Source: Octopus sinensis (taxonomy: Eukaryota). Taken from it: DNA of 64,000 bases. The DNA is taken from NCBI RefSeq assembly GCF_006345805.1, contig NC_043001.1, positions 33,728,001 to 33,792,000 on the forward strand, given 5' to 3'. Position 1 is the stretch's first letter, and each line of letters begins with the position of its first letter. The position numbers and the translations under genes were made by a program. Below, in pieces: positions 1-13,639 of this stretch. Under the pieces are notes generated by a model. That model saw only the letters and a program-made list of their open reading frames with translations, was not told the DNA's origin and ran no database searches.

Positions 1-578
1 GTCATCATATCTTGCCCACTCACTCACCTTAAGCCTCTATATCATCTCACCTATTCAATGTCTCTTGAGGGCATGTTCCAACGCATCTTCACTATCACCC
101 TCTTTATCTTACTCTTCTAACTCACTCTCCTTTGTTTTCCAACTGGGGTATCCAAGACACTTATATCTGTCCCTCTATACCATATCTCTCTCAACTGGCA
201 CAAAGCTACACCTCCTCAATACTACTCTCCCCTCCCAGTTGAGGGGACTTTTAGTTTTGCAAGGTACTTTGTGATCCAGTTGGTGCTGGTGCCATGTAAA
301 AAACATTGGTACTGGTGCCACATAAAGGGCACCCAGTATATTCTGTAAAGTGGTTGGTGATAGAAGGGCATCCAGCAGTAGAAACCATGCCAAAACAATG
401 GAAATTGGTGCAGCTCCTGACCTTGCCTAGCTCCTGTCAAACCATCCAATCCATGCCAGCATGGAAAACCAATGTTAAATGGTGATGATGATGATGATGA
501 CAACAATGATATCAATTACTAATAAACCACATGTCTATTTCCGCCACTTCAAATAATGAAGCCCTGTACTGATATTAA

Positions 579-798
579 CCCTTTTGTTACTGTATTTATT
601 TTGAGATGCTCTGTGTTTCTTTCAATTACTTTAAATATAACAAAGAATTTAGTAAAATAACTTAGTTATCATTCAGCTAGTGTTAGGAACATAAATTATG
701 ACTAAGGTTTGGTGGAAGATTTTAATTCAATACTTATGAAAACAAGACATTTGTACTTAGAACCAGAGCCGGTTTCAGCTGGGTTGGTAACGAAAGGG
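579..798. mobile_element. piggyBac-type MITE, 220 bp
   Basis: TTAA TSDs at 575-578 and 799-802; TIRs CCCTTTTGTTAC / GTAACGAAAGGG; inverted copy at 13418-13639. Confidence 0.9.
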
Positions 799-1664
799 TT
801 AAATAGTAAAAATCTAAAAATTTTTCCTTAATTGCACAACAGAAACAAAAATTCTTCTACACCATCTAGTATGACAAAAAGAAATTGGCACATTAAAAAC
901 AATATTGACAGCACATTGGCTGAAAAGCCAAACACAAACCATTTATTGCTTATACAGCAACTGAACACATTTAAAACTTGTTGCAAATGCATCTGTATGC
1001 AATTTTATTATTTTGCATGAAATGGAAAAATGCCAAGAAGAAAAAAAAAAGCTACATTATTAAACTAGGTGTTCAGTGTTGGATTATTAGAAAATGGGAG
1101 TTAAATGTACAAAAAAAAGGAGCTAGATTTAGCAACAAAAGAGCTAAATTGGCAACACAGCTTGGGAGCTCTGCCACATCTGCTTATAAAAAAATGGTAA
1201 AAAACTACTACCAGTACTACTATTGCTACTACTATTACCACCAATAAAAATTTTTAACAGATACATGATCAGATATTTATGAGGAGAGAACAGTGAATTA
1301 AATCAATAACAGTACTTGAGTGGTACTTTAAGTTTATCAACCCTGGAGGAACAAAAGGCAAAACTTCCTCCAACATGATCTGAACTAATAACATAGAGTG
1401 ACATTAAAATACCACCAGGAATTTTGTCCACCAAGCTACTGATTAAATCCTAGAATATATGTAAGTGTATCTATACATATATACACTTATATAGGCACAC
1501 ACACACACAGATACATATAGGTATACACACATAAACATGAACATATATATTCACACATACACACAATTATTCTCTAACAAGAACTGTATTGATAGTCAGC
1601 ACAAAGTTTTGGCCTGCTTAGCTGTCATTGGTAAGTGTGTGTATATATATATACAAACATGCAC

Positions 1665-1697
<33 letters not shown>

Positions 1698-2210
1698 TAC
1701 ATATATTTACACACATATAAATGTATACACACACAAGTTTCAACAGTTTTCACTTATGATTTCTATTTACAAGGCATTGATCATCCTGAGGTTACAGTAG
1801 AAGATTGTTGCCCAAGATGTCATACAGTGAGCTAAAACTCAAAACCAAAAGGTAACGCTTTGTTACTCCATATCTACACATCCTGCCTGCACCAATATAC
1901 ACATGTGCACAGGTATGTGTGTGTGTGTGTGTGTGTATTCATAACTGTATTAGTGTGTACATGAATGACTAATCTGGTGTGCCTTCAGATGGAACTAGTT
2001 GGGTAACAATGATGCTGTGTATGTCTAGTTTGGATGCAATGGCTACAGGAAGGACATCCATTACAGCTTCAATAAGTCACATCCAACACAGTGATAATGA
2101 TATGTATAAAATATATTAAACATCATGGCCTATGTAAAACGCCAGTTTGATATTTGAGAAGAACAAGCCCGCTGACAAAACTTGAAATACCCCTCTCCAC
2201 ACATACATTT

Positions 2211-2260
2211 TTGGGTGATTACATTACTGATAACATGTTATCAGTAATGTAATCACACAA
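2211..2260. repeat. Palindrome: perfect over 42 bp (2215-2256), 50 bp with one mismatched pair
   Basis: gtgattacattactgataacatgttatcagtaatgtaatcac equals its own reverse complement. Confidence 0.95.
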
Positions 2261-3699
2261 CATGATAGTTACATCATTTGAGTCTCATTTATGGGTTTAT
2301 TGGCCTGCTTCCTCAAATTTCTTTTTATGTAATATTATTTGTACAATTATTTAAAAATTTTAGCATATCGGAGAGAGAGAGTGGGGGGGGGGGTATGTGT
2401 GGACATCTGTTAAAAGAGAAGTTTTTGTTTCAGATATACAACTAATAACGATATTTTATTTTTAATTTTTCATTACTTTATTGGAAGCTTATCAAGTTTG
2501 CCTGAGTTTATTTCATAAGTATATTAATGTTAAATAACACTATCATCAGGACATTTAGGTTTAAAAATAAAGGGTGCTCTAAGTACTTTACTCTAGGGTT
2601 TCAATAGGATATTATAGGAAGAAATTTGGACATGTATAATGGGTGTTTCAAGTGATGGGGTGTTCTGCAAAATTAGTTTTCACCATTGTGAGTTATTCTA
2701 TACACGATGGCAATGCATGCTACTAATGCTTTTCTATAAAGAGTTATAAAAATATAAATACTTCCCCATTAAAAATGTATATTCATCCTATCGAAAAACT
2801 GTGGTAACAGCATAAACCATTTAACATTTGTGTTTATGAAATTTATAGCTTTCAAGCTCTATATATTTTACAGTCAACATTAAAAATGTATATATGCGTT
2901 TGAATGTAGAGTATAAATGTTTTAATTTTTGGTATGCACACTATGTTTGCTGTTAAGATACTGTGGGGTACTGATGATTCTACAAAAAGCTAGATTGTGA
3001 TATATTCGATTTATTGGGACAATTTACTTTCACTTAATGTGATTTCTGGTTGTACTCAAAAGCCAAAAGAACAATGGACTCTGCTAGGCTGACTAGTCCG
3101 TGATAATGATAAAGTCATTAGCAGTTACCAAATAATCCATTAAGTGCTAGGAGATATTTTCATTTATTTCATTTATTCTAAATGCATTGCTGATGATGAT
3201 GATGTCATTGCAATAATTGTTTAGCTCTAATTCAGTGCACCTTGAGCAGAACTATGAACAAAGGTGTCTTTATGATGCATATTTCCTCTTTTCTTTAGGC
3301 ATAGCATATTTGAAACTATATTATTATTATTATTATTATTATTATGATTAATTTTTTAAAAAATTAGTGAGATCAATATAATCAATGTTCCTCTTGAACA
3401 GCTTAGAAATTAACAGCAGCAGGAAAATATGAATAAAGTGGGAATTTCAGATGCTTAACATCCTGAGAAGAAGTGGAAGTAGCACTTAATGCAGAGCCAA
3501 GAGGAGTGGACGCAACATGGATGATAAAAGGAGTAGAAACAAATAAACAAACAAAAACACACCCACAAAAAACAAAACCCAGCTTGTTTGAAACCTGAGA
3601 TATTCTAGGTCTTCTTGTTTTGCTATATTTTTCTCTTTTGTGAGATGTTCAAGAACAAGAAGCTAAAATAATCTGTGCATATCTGCCCCTAAATTAATG

Positions 3700-3880
3700 G
3701 AGATATCAGTTAGCATATGAAGGTGAGGCAACGACACCAGTATCAACAAGTAATATGAATGGAAGGTATGGAAAGAAGTGATGAGATCAGATATCAAGAG
3801 GTTGGGCATTGTAGTCAAGATATGACAAAGAATCTTGACAAATGGTGATACACTACACCCTGTCTGTGTGGAAAAATTAA
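3700..3880 (+). mobile_element. Short RTE 3' remnant
   Basis: tggaaagaagtgatgagatcagatatcaagaggttgggc...atgacaaag = W.EV.RSD.K.LG...MTK motif. Confidence 0.45.
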
Positions 3881-3958
3881 CATAATGACTTATTGCAAAG
3901 AACTTTCAAATTAAATGTTGCATGTGAAATATATCCTCAGAATTTGTATCATATTTTA

Positions 3959-5052
3959 TTAGCAATGCATCCCGGCGTTGCCAGGGGTGTTATGACTTCC
4001 AGGCACATTGTATTATTTGCTCCTTTCTTATGAGCACAATTGGCACAGCTGATATATAATTTATGGCATAATGGAAGTTATTGTTAGTTCAAAAGTGAAG
4101 GGAGAAGGTACAATTTGCATGGATTTGCATGAAAGTGCTTTCTGTTCTTAAGATGGACCACAAACTATGTATTATTTCATCATATAAAAGGGGTTAATAT
4201 GATTTTGTCCAGAATTCACATTTTCAAAATTTTAATTTCCCCCCATCCTCACAGCAATTTCTTAATTTGTAACTTTTTTGAATTTTTTTTCTTTCTTTTT
4301 TTTTTTGTTATCTACATAAAAAAATACAGAGATTAAGAATCTGGGAAATACATATTTTTATAGTATAATTTTTCTTAAAGAAACACTGAATGTCCCTTCT
4401 ACCTTGCTCACCCATCACCCACTCTTTTCGCTTTTGTCTGATGTTTCCTGCATGTGTAGAATTCTACTGAAATAGCAAACTTGAAAAATACCAGACCACC
4501 GCCAGAAAACTTGACTTGCTAAAAACAACAAGTAAACAACATTATTTCTGAAGAAACTTCCTTGGTTTCTAAAAAGCTAAAAGTGAAATATTGGAAGTGT
4601 GTAGCTTTTCGAAAATGAGGTGATGGATAAAATTCTTAAAGATTCATACTCTGTTTTTACTCCATGGATTACCAAGAATAAAAATTTGAAAAAAGTAACA
4701 AAATGAATTTGGTGTGGAGAGGGAGAAAATAAAAATATTGAGAACATGTTTTGTGGGTGAAATCCTAATGCCCTGTATTGCAAACATAGGAATCGGAACA
4801 AATTCAGGAAAAAAATAAGGCAAGGGAGAGGAAATGTCACCTCGGACATGCTAGAAAGAAGGGGTAAAGGACAGGATTTCTGGGAAAACTTTCTTTTAAG
4901 TTTATATCGAAGATCAGGTTTTTATATACCCTCATCACAAACACAAATTACACAATAGAAAAAGATCATTTCAATTTGATTTGAGCTTTAAATTTGTGCA
5001 TGCACATTGCAAAAAATAACATAATTTGCACAGAAGTTTTACCTAGAGAGGG

Positions 5053-5126
<74 letters not shown>

Positions 5127-7122
5127 TGTGTCAAAGGAAGTTATTTTATGGCATTCTTTTGTTTGAAGAAACAAAGTTGTCAACTCAACATATATGGAAT
5201 CATGTGATTGTTTGTTAAGTTCCATAAAATTCTTTTAATTTATTTATGCTTTGAAGAGAGCAGAAATTGAAAGAGAGGATAAAGAGAAAAGCAAGATTTG
5301 CTTTGAAGTTAGAGGAGAAAGTAAAAGAGAGGAGAAAATGAAAGATGTACGTGTATATGAAATGGACATGTGAGAGAGAGAGAAAGAGGGAGAGTGAGTG
5401 AATGTGTGTGTTGTGATGTATGAATTTTTTTGCATGTATGTGTAAACATCACTCACTCGTTCTCTCTCTCTTTCTCTCACACGCACATCTTTCATATACA
5501 CATACATAAATAGGCAAAGGTAAAGAATACGTACACCAGCCGTTTTCGGCTTAATCCTAACCCTAGCATTCTTTACCTTCGGCCATAAATACATATGCAT
5601 ACAACATTTTTGTGCATGAGAGAGAGAGAGAGTGTGATTGTATTTCCCCATAACTTATAGAGATATAGATATCTTTCAATGGAATGTTTTTCGTTGTGGC
5701 TTATTTTAATACAATATTTATGTGTATATTTTAATAAATGTTTGTCTGAGTAGAATTCTACACATGCATGAAACATCAGACGAAAGTGAAACATTAGAAG
5801 CAAATTGAAACATTGTCCAAAAATGACCTCAAAATTGTGCGACCAACGTAGTTGCTGAGGTTATTTTAGTTGTAAAAAGAGTTGTTGAGTGAAAAACAAA
5901 GTTTATTTGGTAGATAGATAATAAGCAGTGGCTGTGTTTCATTATAACTCTCAAAGTTGTCAACAGTCATCTGAATCAGCTATTTCATTCCTTAATTTCC
6001 GTAAAAATTTTCTATTTACTTACTTTTGTTTTAAAGTGAAAGAGAGGAGAAATGAAAGATGTATGAATGTGTGTATGAAATGGATGTGTTTGTGTGAGTG
6101 AGAGAGTGAGTGCCACTTACACATACATTAGAACACATACATTCACTCACTCACTCACTCCCTCTCTCTCACATACGCTCATACAAAAAAGATGTATGCA
6201 TATGTATTGATGTATGTACATATACGTGACAACACACTCCTTCAATCACTCTCTTTCTCTTTCTCCTTTCCTCTATCTCTCCCTTCCTCTCTCTCTGTCT
6301 CCCTCTCACACACACACACACATGTCCATTTCATATACATGTGCATACATCTTTAATTTTCTCCTCTCTTTCACTTTAAGACAAAAGTAAATAAATAAAA
6401 AAATTTTTATGGAAATTAACAAAAGCACATGACAGCTCTGCAAGTCAAAACAAAAGATCGCCGAAGCAACTTTCTTTATTATAATACAGATGTAACTGTT
6501 CAGAGAAACATTACTTTCATTATTCACACATCGTCAGTCTCATAATCAAATGCTGTAATTTTGGTTCAAGTTGAAAACGTGAAACTATTTTCACTTTCTA
6601 ATGAAACCTGGTCATTATAACTTTCAATATCAGCGCATTTCACTGTTGGGTAGGTGGGTGGGGGTGGGGGGTCAAGTCACATACATATACTAAGACACAC
6701 ACACACAGACATACATTAACGCACACCGCCAGCCTATCTCCGTCTGTGTCATTAGATGTGTGTGTGTGTGTCAGTCATCACAAAAATGTATGCATACTGA
6801 CAGGCAAAAACACCATTACACAAATATATAGTTGTCAGTCATCAGCCTAACATACAAAACAAATCAAACATGCGAACACCCTCATATAGAAAATGTGATG
6901 TCATCGTTGTAGTGATGGTAAAAGATGACATATATATGATATATGATTAAAAGAAAAATCATAATGCTAAATTTTTGTAATGCAAATACATGAATGAAAA
7001 TATAGTTTAGTTGGTAGCCAAATCCTTACTGAATCTTTTGATACTCCATACGTCAAAACTGGCAACTCGGTTTTGGAATGCATAAGGAACATATGCACAC
7101 ACACATACAAACTCTCTTTTAT
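3959..7122 (+). mobile_element. Helitron/Helentron-like non-autonomous composite region
   Basis: Starts with ttagcaatgcatCCCGGCGTTGCCAGGG hairpin; ends with cacacacatacaaactctcttttatat; CpG-rich interior with nested inverted repeats. Treating it as one element is an inference. Confidence 0.4.
5992..6419. mobile_element. Foldback element with ~115-bp inverted arms and a (GA)/(CT)/(CA) core
   Basis: ttaatttccgtaaaaatt...aaagtgaaagagaggagaaatgaaagatgtatg mirrored by catacatctttaattttctcctctctttcacttt...atggaaattaa; a further arm copy at about 5211-5400. Confidence 0.8.
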
Positions 7123-7535
7123 ATCATCATCATCATCATCATCATCGTTTAGCGTCCGTTTTCCATGCTAGCATGGGTTGGACGGTTCTACTGGGGTCTG
7201 TGAAGCCAGAAAGCTTCATCAGGCCCAGTCAAATCTGGCAGTGTTTCTACGGCTGGATGCCCTTCCTAACGCCAACCAGTGTAGTGGGTGCTTTTTACGT
7301 GCCACCCGCACAGGTGCCAGACAGAGCTGGCAAACGGCCACGAACTGATGGTGCTTTTTATGTGCCACTGGCATGAGGGCCAGGCGAGGCTGGCAACGGA
7401 CACGAAACGGGGCGGTGCTGGCAACGGTCGCGAAACGGAAGGTTCTCTTACATGCCACCGGCACTGGTAAACACATCTGCAATTTCCATTGATCGATTTT
7501 GATTCTGATCCTCACTTGCCTCAACAGGTCAGATA
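7123..7535 (-). mobile_element. Family C RTE-tail retroposon
   Basis: (CAT)n then cgtttagcgtccgttttccatgctagcatgggttggacgg... Other copies at about 270-510(+), 10354-10545(-), 11935-12150(-), 14978-15293(+), 31126-31400(-), 33060-33245(+), 39350-39500(-), 40690-40880(+), 44471-44905(-), 54702-54800(+), 55430-55585(+), 55655-55715(+), 57890-57990(+). Confidence 0.88.
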
Positions 7536-8936
7536 TATTGTGTGTAGTAATATTAGTGAGATGTATATTTTTTAACATATGTGAGAATGTCTTGCAGGGA
7601 ATGTGTTTGTGGACATTGTGCCTGCAATCCATCCACAAATAGTAATAAAGCAACAATGATAATGTACATGTCTAAGACTTAAGCAGCTAGTTAAAACTAA
7701 AATAACCTCCATAAGCACAACCATTCCCACTTTCACAGATCTCACTTCAGAAACCCAATATCTTGCAAATAGTCTGATCATCTAAAAATGGTCAACCTAT
7801 TTTAAACAAAAGCTCAAATTTAAATAGCACAAAAATAAAATTTTAAAAAAATACTCAATACTCAAACAATGTTAATATTGAAACCATACACTGAAAAAAA
7901 TTAGGACGAAGAAATTCTATACTGAAAACTAATCTCAAGGTTAAGGTTAAAACATTGACAGAATCAGTATTTGACTAATGTTTTGATGGCTTCATACTGA
8001 GCTTTGTATCTCATATGAAATGTAGAATGATCTATTTGATTCAATATCAAATGCATTAATAAATATGCTACACCAATTCAAATGTTTCCATATATACTTC
8101 AGCACAATTTGTCACTGGAAACAACATTTCAAATAAGAATCTGTATAATAATAAAGAAATAACATCTCTTCACAAACAGATTTCAGCTTACAACGCAAAT
8201 TTAAAAGTTTTATATTTAATAATACGGCAATTTTCATAGTAATGTGCAATATAGGTTTAGCAGATTCATAAATTTAGATACATATATAGATTCTTAGGCC
8301 AGGAGATGTTCATGTTCTTCACTGTAGCTGTGTATTTAATAAATTTGTTTTGAAACCATGTGGTTCTAGATCCAATGCTACTATGACAGCTTGGACAAGT
8401 GTACTATACTATACTGTAGCATTGCATTGATCAACTGAGGCATATAGTAACAGACCATCGTTAGTGCCACAACTTAAAAGTGAGAAAAATGCAGTCAAAG
8501 TTTCACGACTTTCAGAATGTGATATCTTGGCAAGGAATGAAGTTAGGAAGCTGGTTTTGGTCTTAAAATGACTGTGAAGACCTCCTCTACTCATTCCACC
8601 TATGTAAAATGATTTATTTATGTATGCACCTGAAAGATGAAACAATGACTGCATCTGTCTCATTTTGTAGAATATACCAGTACCATGAAATAGTGTACTG
8701 CATTGCATATTTTAGCCATAATAGCTAGAAAAAAACATACAGAGACCTTCCAAAAGCATTGTTTGCGTTTTATTATACCAGGGTAAGTATCTTTAAGAGA
8801 TAAGTAAGACAAGATAGTAAGATAATAGTCCATTATTGTTACAATGGTAAAGAGGAATATTAGAAGATGAAGCCATAACACCTAAAAAAACAATACAGGG
8901 ACCACACCAAAGTTATTGATTGAGCATGTGTGCTTA

Positions 8937-9211
8937 CGATGGTATGTTACTAAACTCTCTGGTCTGAGTTTGAGTGAGTGAGCATCATGTCAAAGTGTCA
9001 TGGTACAATTTTTTTCAGCTGGATTTTCGACCTTATTGCAAGCCTCACCAGTTCTTCCTCCCAACTTTTTCAGATTCTAGACGTTGAGACAAAGAAAATG
9101 ATATACTAAGCTCGAAAATGGCTGGGGTGGCACTTATGACACACTGTCACAAAACGCCTCAATTACAGGTAAGTAAAATTTTATAAACAGAAATTATTCA
9201 AACACCAATCA
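8937..9211. mobile_element. Probable Tc1/mariner-type MITE
   Basis: TA dinucleotides at 8935-8936 and 9212-9213; degenerate TIRs (cgatggtatgttactaaactctctgg / cagaaattattcaaacaccaatca); CpG-rich interior. Confidence 0.4.
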
Positions 9212-12200
9212 TATATATGTGTGTGTGTGTGTATTTATATCAATATCATTTACATCTATTTTCTATACTGGTACTGGGTTGGATAGGTCATTACAGTCTA
9301 AGTCGGTCTTTGTTTAGAGTTAGTGTCCTCTAACATGGGTCAGAAAACCATGCCTTTTTTGTATATTCCATTTTCGGTATGATTTCTACAGTTGAATATG
9401 CCTTCTAATACCAGCCCTTTTAAAAAAATGTACCGGTGCATTTTATTGTGGCACCAGCACTTAAGGGATATAACAACAAGAGTCCTCCTTCACACTGTCC
9501 CTATTCAAATGCCAGCCATTTTACAGCAAATACAAGGGTGCATCTTATAACATCAACACCAAAGAGGTTGCCTTGTTTTCTCCAAAACTAAGGCGTTCTC
9601 TCCAATCTCTGTAGTCTCTCTACTTTTTAGGCAGTTGACCAAGAGTGTGTATAGAAGGAGAGTGATAACCAAAAGTGTGAAAGAGGAGAGCATATCAGTA
9701 TGAAAATGACAAATGGAAAACAAGAGTAATAGGATTTTATATAAGTGTGTGTGTGTGTGTGTTTGGTGATGTGAACAAGAAAATAGAATTCAAAACATGA
9801 GTGTATATATGTATATGTATTTAAAAATAATCAGCAGAAGTTGCAGAGTGACTCAAAAGCCAGAGTTTCATATGTTGATCATTGATAATGATAAAAAAAA
9901 ACCAAATGGATGGATGGGTACATAGACAGACAGACAGGTGTAGTTAGGTAGATAGGCAAAGATACTACTGTATGTGGGGTGGTTAGGTAAATCTTTACCA
10001 AGTGATTAATATGATCACTTTAAAACAAGGCCCCATGTTCAAGTCTAATGCATGGCGTCTTGGACAAGTGTTATTTTCTACAGCTACGAGCCAACTCATA
10101 CCACATAAGTGAAATTGGATAGATGGAAACTATAAAGAAAGCCAGCAGATATATTGTATCTCTAATACAAAGGTACATCCTTATAGTAAACTTAGTCAAG
10201 GTGATTCCGTTTGAGAATTACATTAAAGGTCTATATGTCTGTGGAACACTCAGCCACTTACAGGCTGATTCAAATATGCAAATACTTCAATTGATCAAAT
10301 CATCATCATTGAAACCAATGGAGGTGTGAGTTTGTGTTTATGTGTAGATATATCATCATCATCATATAACATCCGTTTTCCATGCTGGCATATGTTGGAC
10401 AGCTTGACAGGAGCTGACAAAGCCAAGTGCAGGGTGGTGCACCAGGTTTCATACCAGGTTTTGGCTTAGTAACTCCAACCACTTTACAAAGTGTACTGAG
10501 TGCTTTTTATTTGGTACCGATGCTTTTTACATGCTACTGCACTTTTATATTATGGCATTTGATTTGACAAAGTATGTAGGAATTTGTGATGTTATGATTT
10601 CATTGTTGTCTTTAATATTTTTTGCCGCTGCTCTTTTGCTCATTTCAACAATTATTGGAAACAATTAACTATAGTGAGATGGCAGGTGATATCTGATAAT
10701 TTTTTTTTCACTGTAGCTATTCCAAACAGACAACATTATTAGTGTTTTCTTATGTTACTATGTACTTAAATTTAAATTTGTACTTCTCCTGTGAGCTGTT
10801 CAATGCAACAAAATGAAAAATTGTTGATTAAGATGTTGATCCTTATCTTCAATTTGTTAATCCTTTTATTCATTTAACTGACACATGGATTACAACAACC
10901 ATTTTGATAACATTACAGAGTAAAGACAAAGTGAAAGGATAAGAAAAGTGTTGAGATGAGTAGTGGGAAAGAGAAAGAGAGAAGAAAGTAAAAGATATTG
11001 CCCCAGGGAATTATAAAGAGTGGAAACATGTAAAGAAGGTGGGCTGGAATATCACGAACAGTAGTAACATGAAAATTTAAGCAGTGTATAGTACTACTTT
11101 GTTCCTGTCATAATAGAGGATCTGTAAAACATGTTATCAGTCAGTGAGTTAGGTGTTATGTAGCATGTAATTTGTAACAAAAGTAAAGTCATATGTGTAG
11201 TAGAGAAAATAAAAGTAGAAACATCTCTACATGCAGGAAATCAGCAAAGTAAGTGCTGGCAAAGCTGTATGGTTCAGAAGTTTCCTCCACAACATGTGGC
11301 TCAGTTTTACTGTGTCACACCTTTGGCCAGTCTTTTCTACCAAATGCTTAAGATTGACCATTGCCTTGTGAATGGAATTTGGTCAACACAAACTGTGTAG
11401 AAGCCAAGAGAGAGAGGAGGGGAGTGTGTGGGTGTGTGATAGGAAGAGAGAGAGAGAGAGTGTATGTGTTAACGGGGGGGGGGGGGGTACCAACATATTT
11501 CAGCAAAACATGTGAACGTTGGTGAAAAACTGAAAAACCAGTATTTTATGAATGAAGTTCCCCATTGCATTTCTTGTTCAGTGAGTAACATAAGATGATC
11601 TCTTGTCATTCTTGTTATTAGAAATATAAGGAACCAATGATTTGGCCTAGAGGAAACTTGCAGCCAATGACACTGTTGTTTGCATATAGCAATATGAAAT
11701 AAAAATAAATAAAACAGGCTAAGTCAACGTCCTTGAGATATATAATGAAATTTAATTTTTTTAATATGGGGGTTGAGAATAAGCTCTCTAGCCTTTTATG
11801 TACCAACAACATTTCTAAGAAGAGAAAGAGATTGTGTAGGGATAGTCTAAAAAGCAGGTGGTAGAGAGTCAACTGTTGCCTCAGGCAACAACAACATGAA
11901 CAGCAGTCTACATGAACAACTGGTCAGAAAAGTCATCGTCATCTTCATCATTTAATGCCCATTTTCCATGCTGGTATGGGTTGACTGGTTTGACAGGAGT
12001 TGGCCAGCTGCAAAACTGCTCTGGTTCCATGTCTGTTTTGGCATCGTTTCTATGGTTGGATGCCCTTTTTTGACACCAGCCACTTTACAGGGTGTACTGA
12101 GTGCTTTTTATGTGGCCACCAGCACCCACGAGCCTGCAAGATTAGGAATGCTTTTGTATCACAATGGAGCATGGGCAATAAATGTAGAGGATTAAGTAAA

Positions 12201-12395
12201 ATTGGAGAACTTCTATGAATCAATTTGATTGCTCAATACAAATTTGAGAGAGGTGCTGAGCATGAATTCTGAAAGTAATTGAACAGTAAAAGCATTGTTG
12301 AGTGTTTGGGAGATAATGTACTGATGCGATATGCATGATGCATGTTGAACAGTTTGGGTAGAAGTTATTGGAGGTGAGGACACCCCCACCACCAC

Positions 12396-12430
<35 letters not shown>

Positions 12431-13417
12431 CAAAAAAAAAAAATCAAAATGAAGTAGCAACATCATTTTTGATAAGATTACACTTCTTATATAAAATGAA
12501 GCAAAAAAAATGAGATAAGAACACATGTAAAGATGCTGCCTTAACTTTAAATTAATCTTTTTCAGAATCCAAATTGAATGTCCAACATCATAATGATTAA
12601 TACTGTATGCTATTGCGATAACAACAAAACGCTTTGGTGCAAGTTTTCAGTACAATTGTAATATTCAATTAGTTTATAATTAAAGAATAAAACTGCAGAC
12701 AAAAGAAAATAATTTAATCACATTTAATCAGTTTCACTAACAATTATCAAGGATAAATTTTCAGTCTTAATGTTTATTAGAAATCAGCAGTAGATTTAGT
12801 TTCTTTTTTTTTTTTTTTTTATTATTTTCAAAATCATAGCTGATTTATCATAGATGTGTTTTGAGAACATGAACAATTTCCCTCCACCTGTAAAAGATTA
12901 TTCTTTCTAGAACATGCAACTGTCAAATTATAGATTAAATTTTAATATCAAATCTAGTTTCTTAATTTAGTTCTATTTAATATACTGTTTAAAGGAGTGA
13001 AATTTAATTATAAAAATGATTGCAAAATTTGCTTTGTGGAGTGCACATTTGTGAATATAGGTAGCATTGTATCCCTCTTTAATTCATAGTTTATGCAGTC
13101 ATTCTCAGTCATAATTTATACTACCTGATCAATATAATTCTCATCTAATCCCTATCATGAAATTACATCAACAAAATTTCTTATTACAATATGAAATAGC
13201 AATTTTTCTGCTGAAAGCCCTTCCATGTTTGGAGATATGTATACGGCTTTCTCACAAATGTAACCACATTGAAAATGGTCAACAGACTTTTTGATTTATC
13301 CTCTTATTAATGTGTTGCAAGAAATCAAATCTAAGCTGAGTCAGTATAATTTAATCTTTTATCATTTTTTAAGAATAGATTTCCTGGCTTTAAATGACAC
13401 ATTCACATTTCTCTTAA

Positions 13418-13639
13418 CCCCTTCGTTACCAACCCGGCTGAAACCGGCTCTGGCTCTGTAGTACAAATGTCTTGTTTCCATAAGTTTTGAATTAAAATCT
13501 TCCACTAAACCTTAATCACAATTTATGTTCCTAACACTCGCTGAATGATAACTAAGTTATTTTATGAAATTCTTTGTTATATTTAAAATTAATTGAAAGA
13601 AACACAGAGCTTCTCAAAATAAACACAGTAACGAAAGGG
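13418..13639. mobile_element. piggyBac-type MITE, same family as 579-798, opposite orientation
   Basis: TTAA TSDs at 13414-13417 and 13640-13643; TIRs CCCCTTCGTTAC / GTAACGAAAGGG. Confidence 0.9.

Noticed and set aside
8409-8708. 99-aa minus ORF with a good acceptor at 8629 (GAYINKSFYIGG...GTNDGLLLYAS), superficially LamG-like or VASt-start-like
   Set aside because: It lacks the LamG G-C motif and spacing, and aligns to the recalled VASt start at only about 7 of 32 positions versus much higher identity for the true exons. It is phase 1 and has no convincing donor. An HMM search (Laminin_G, VASt) would settle it.
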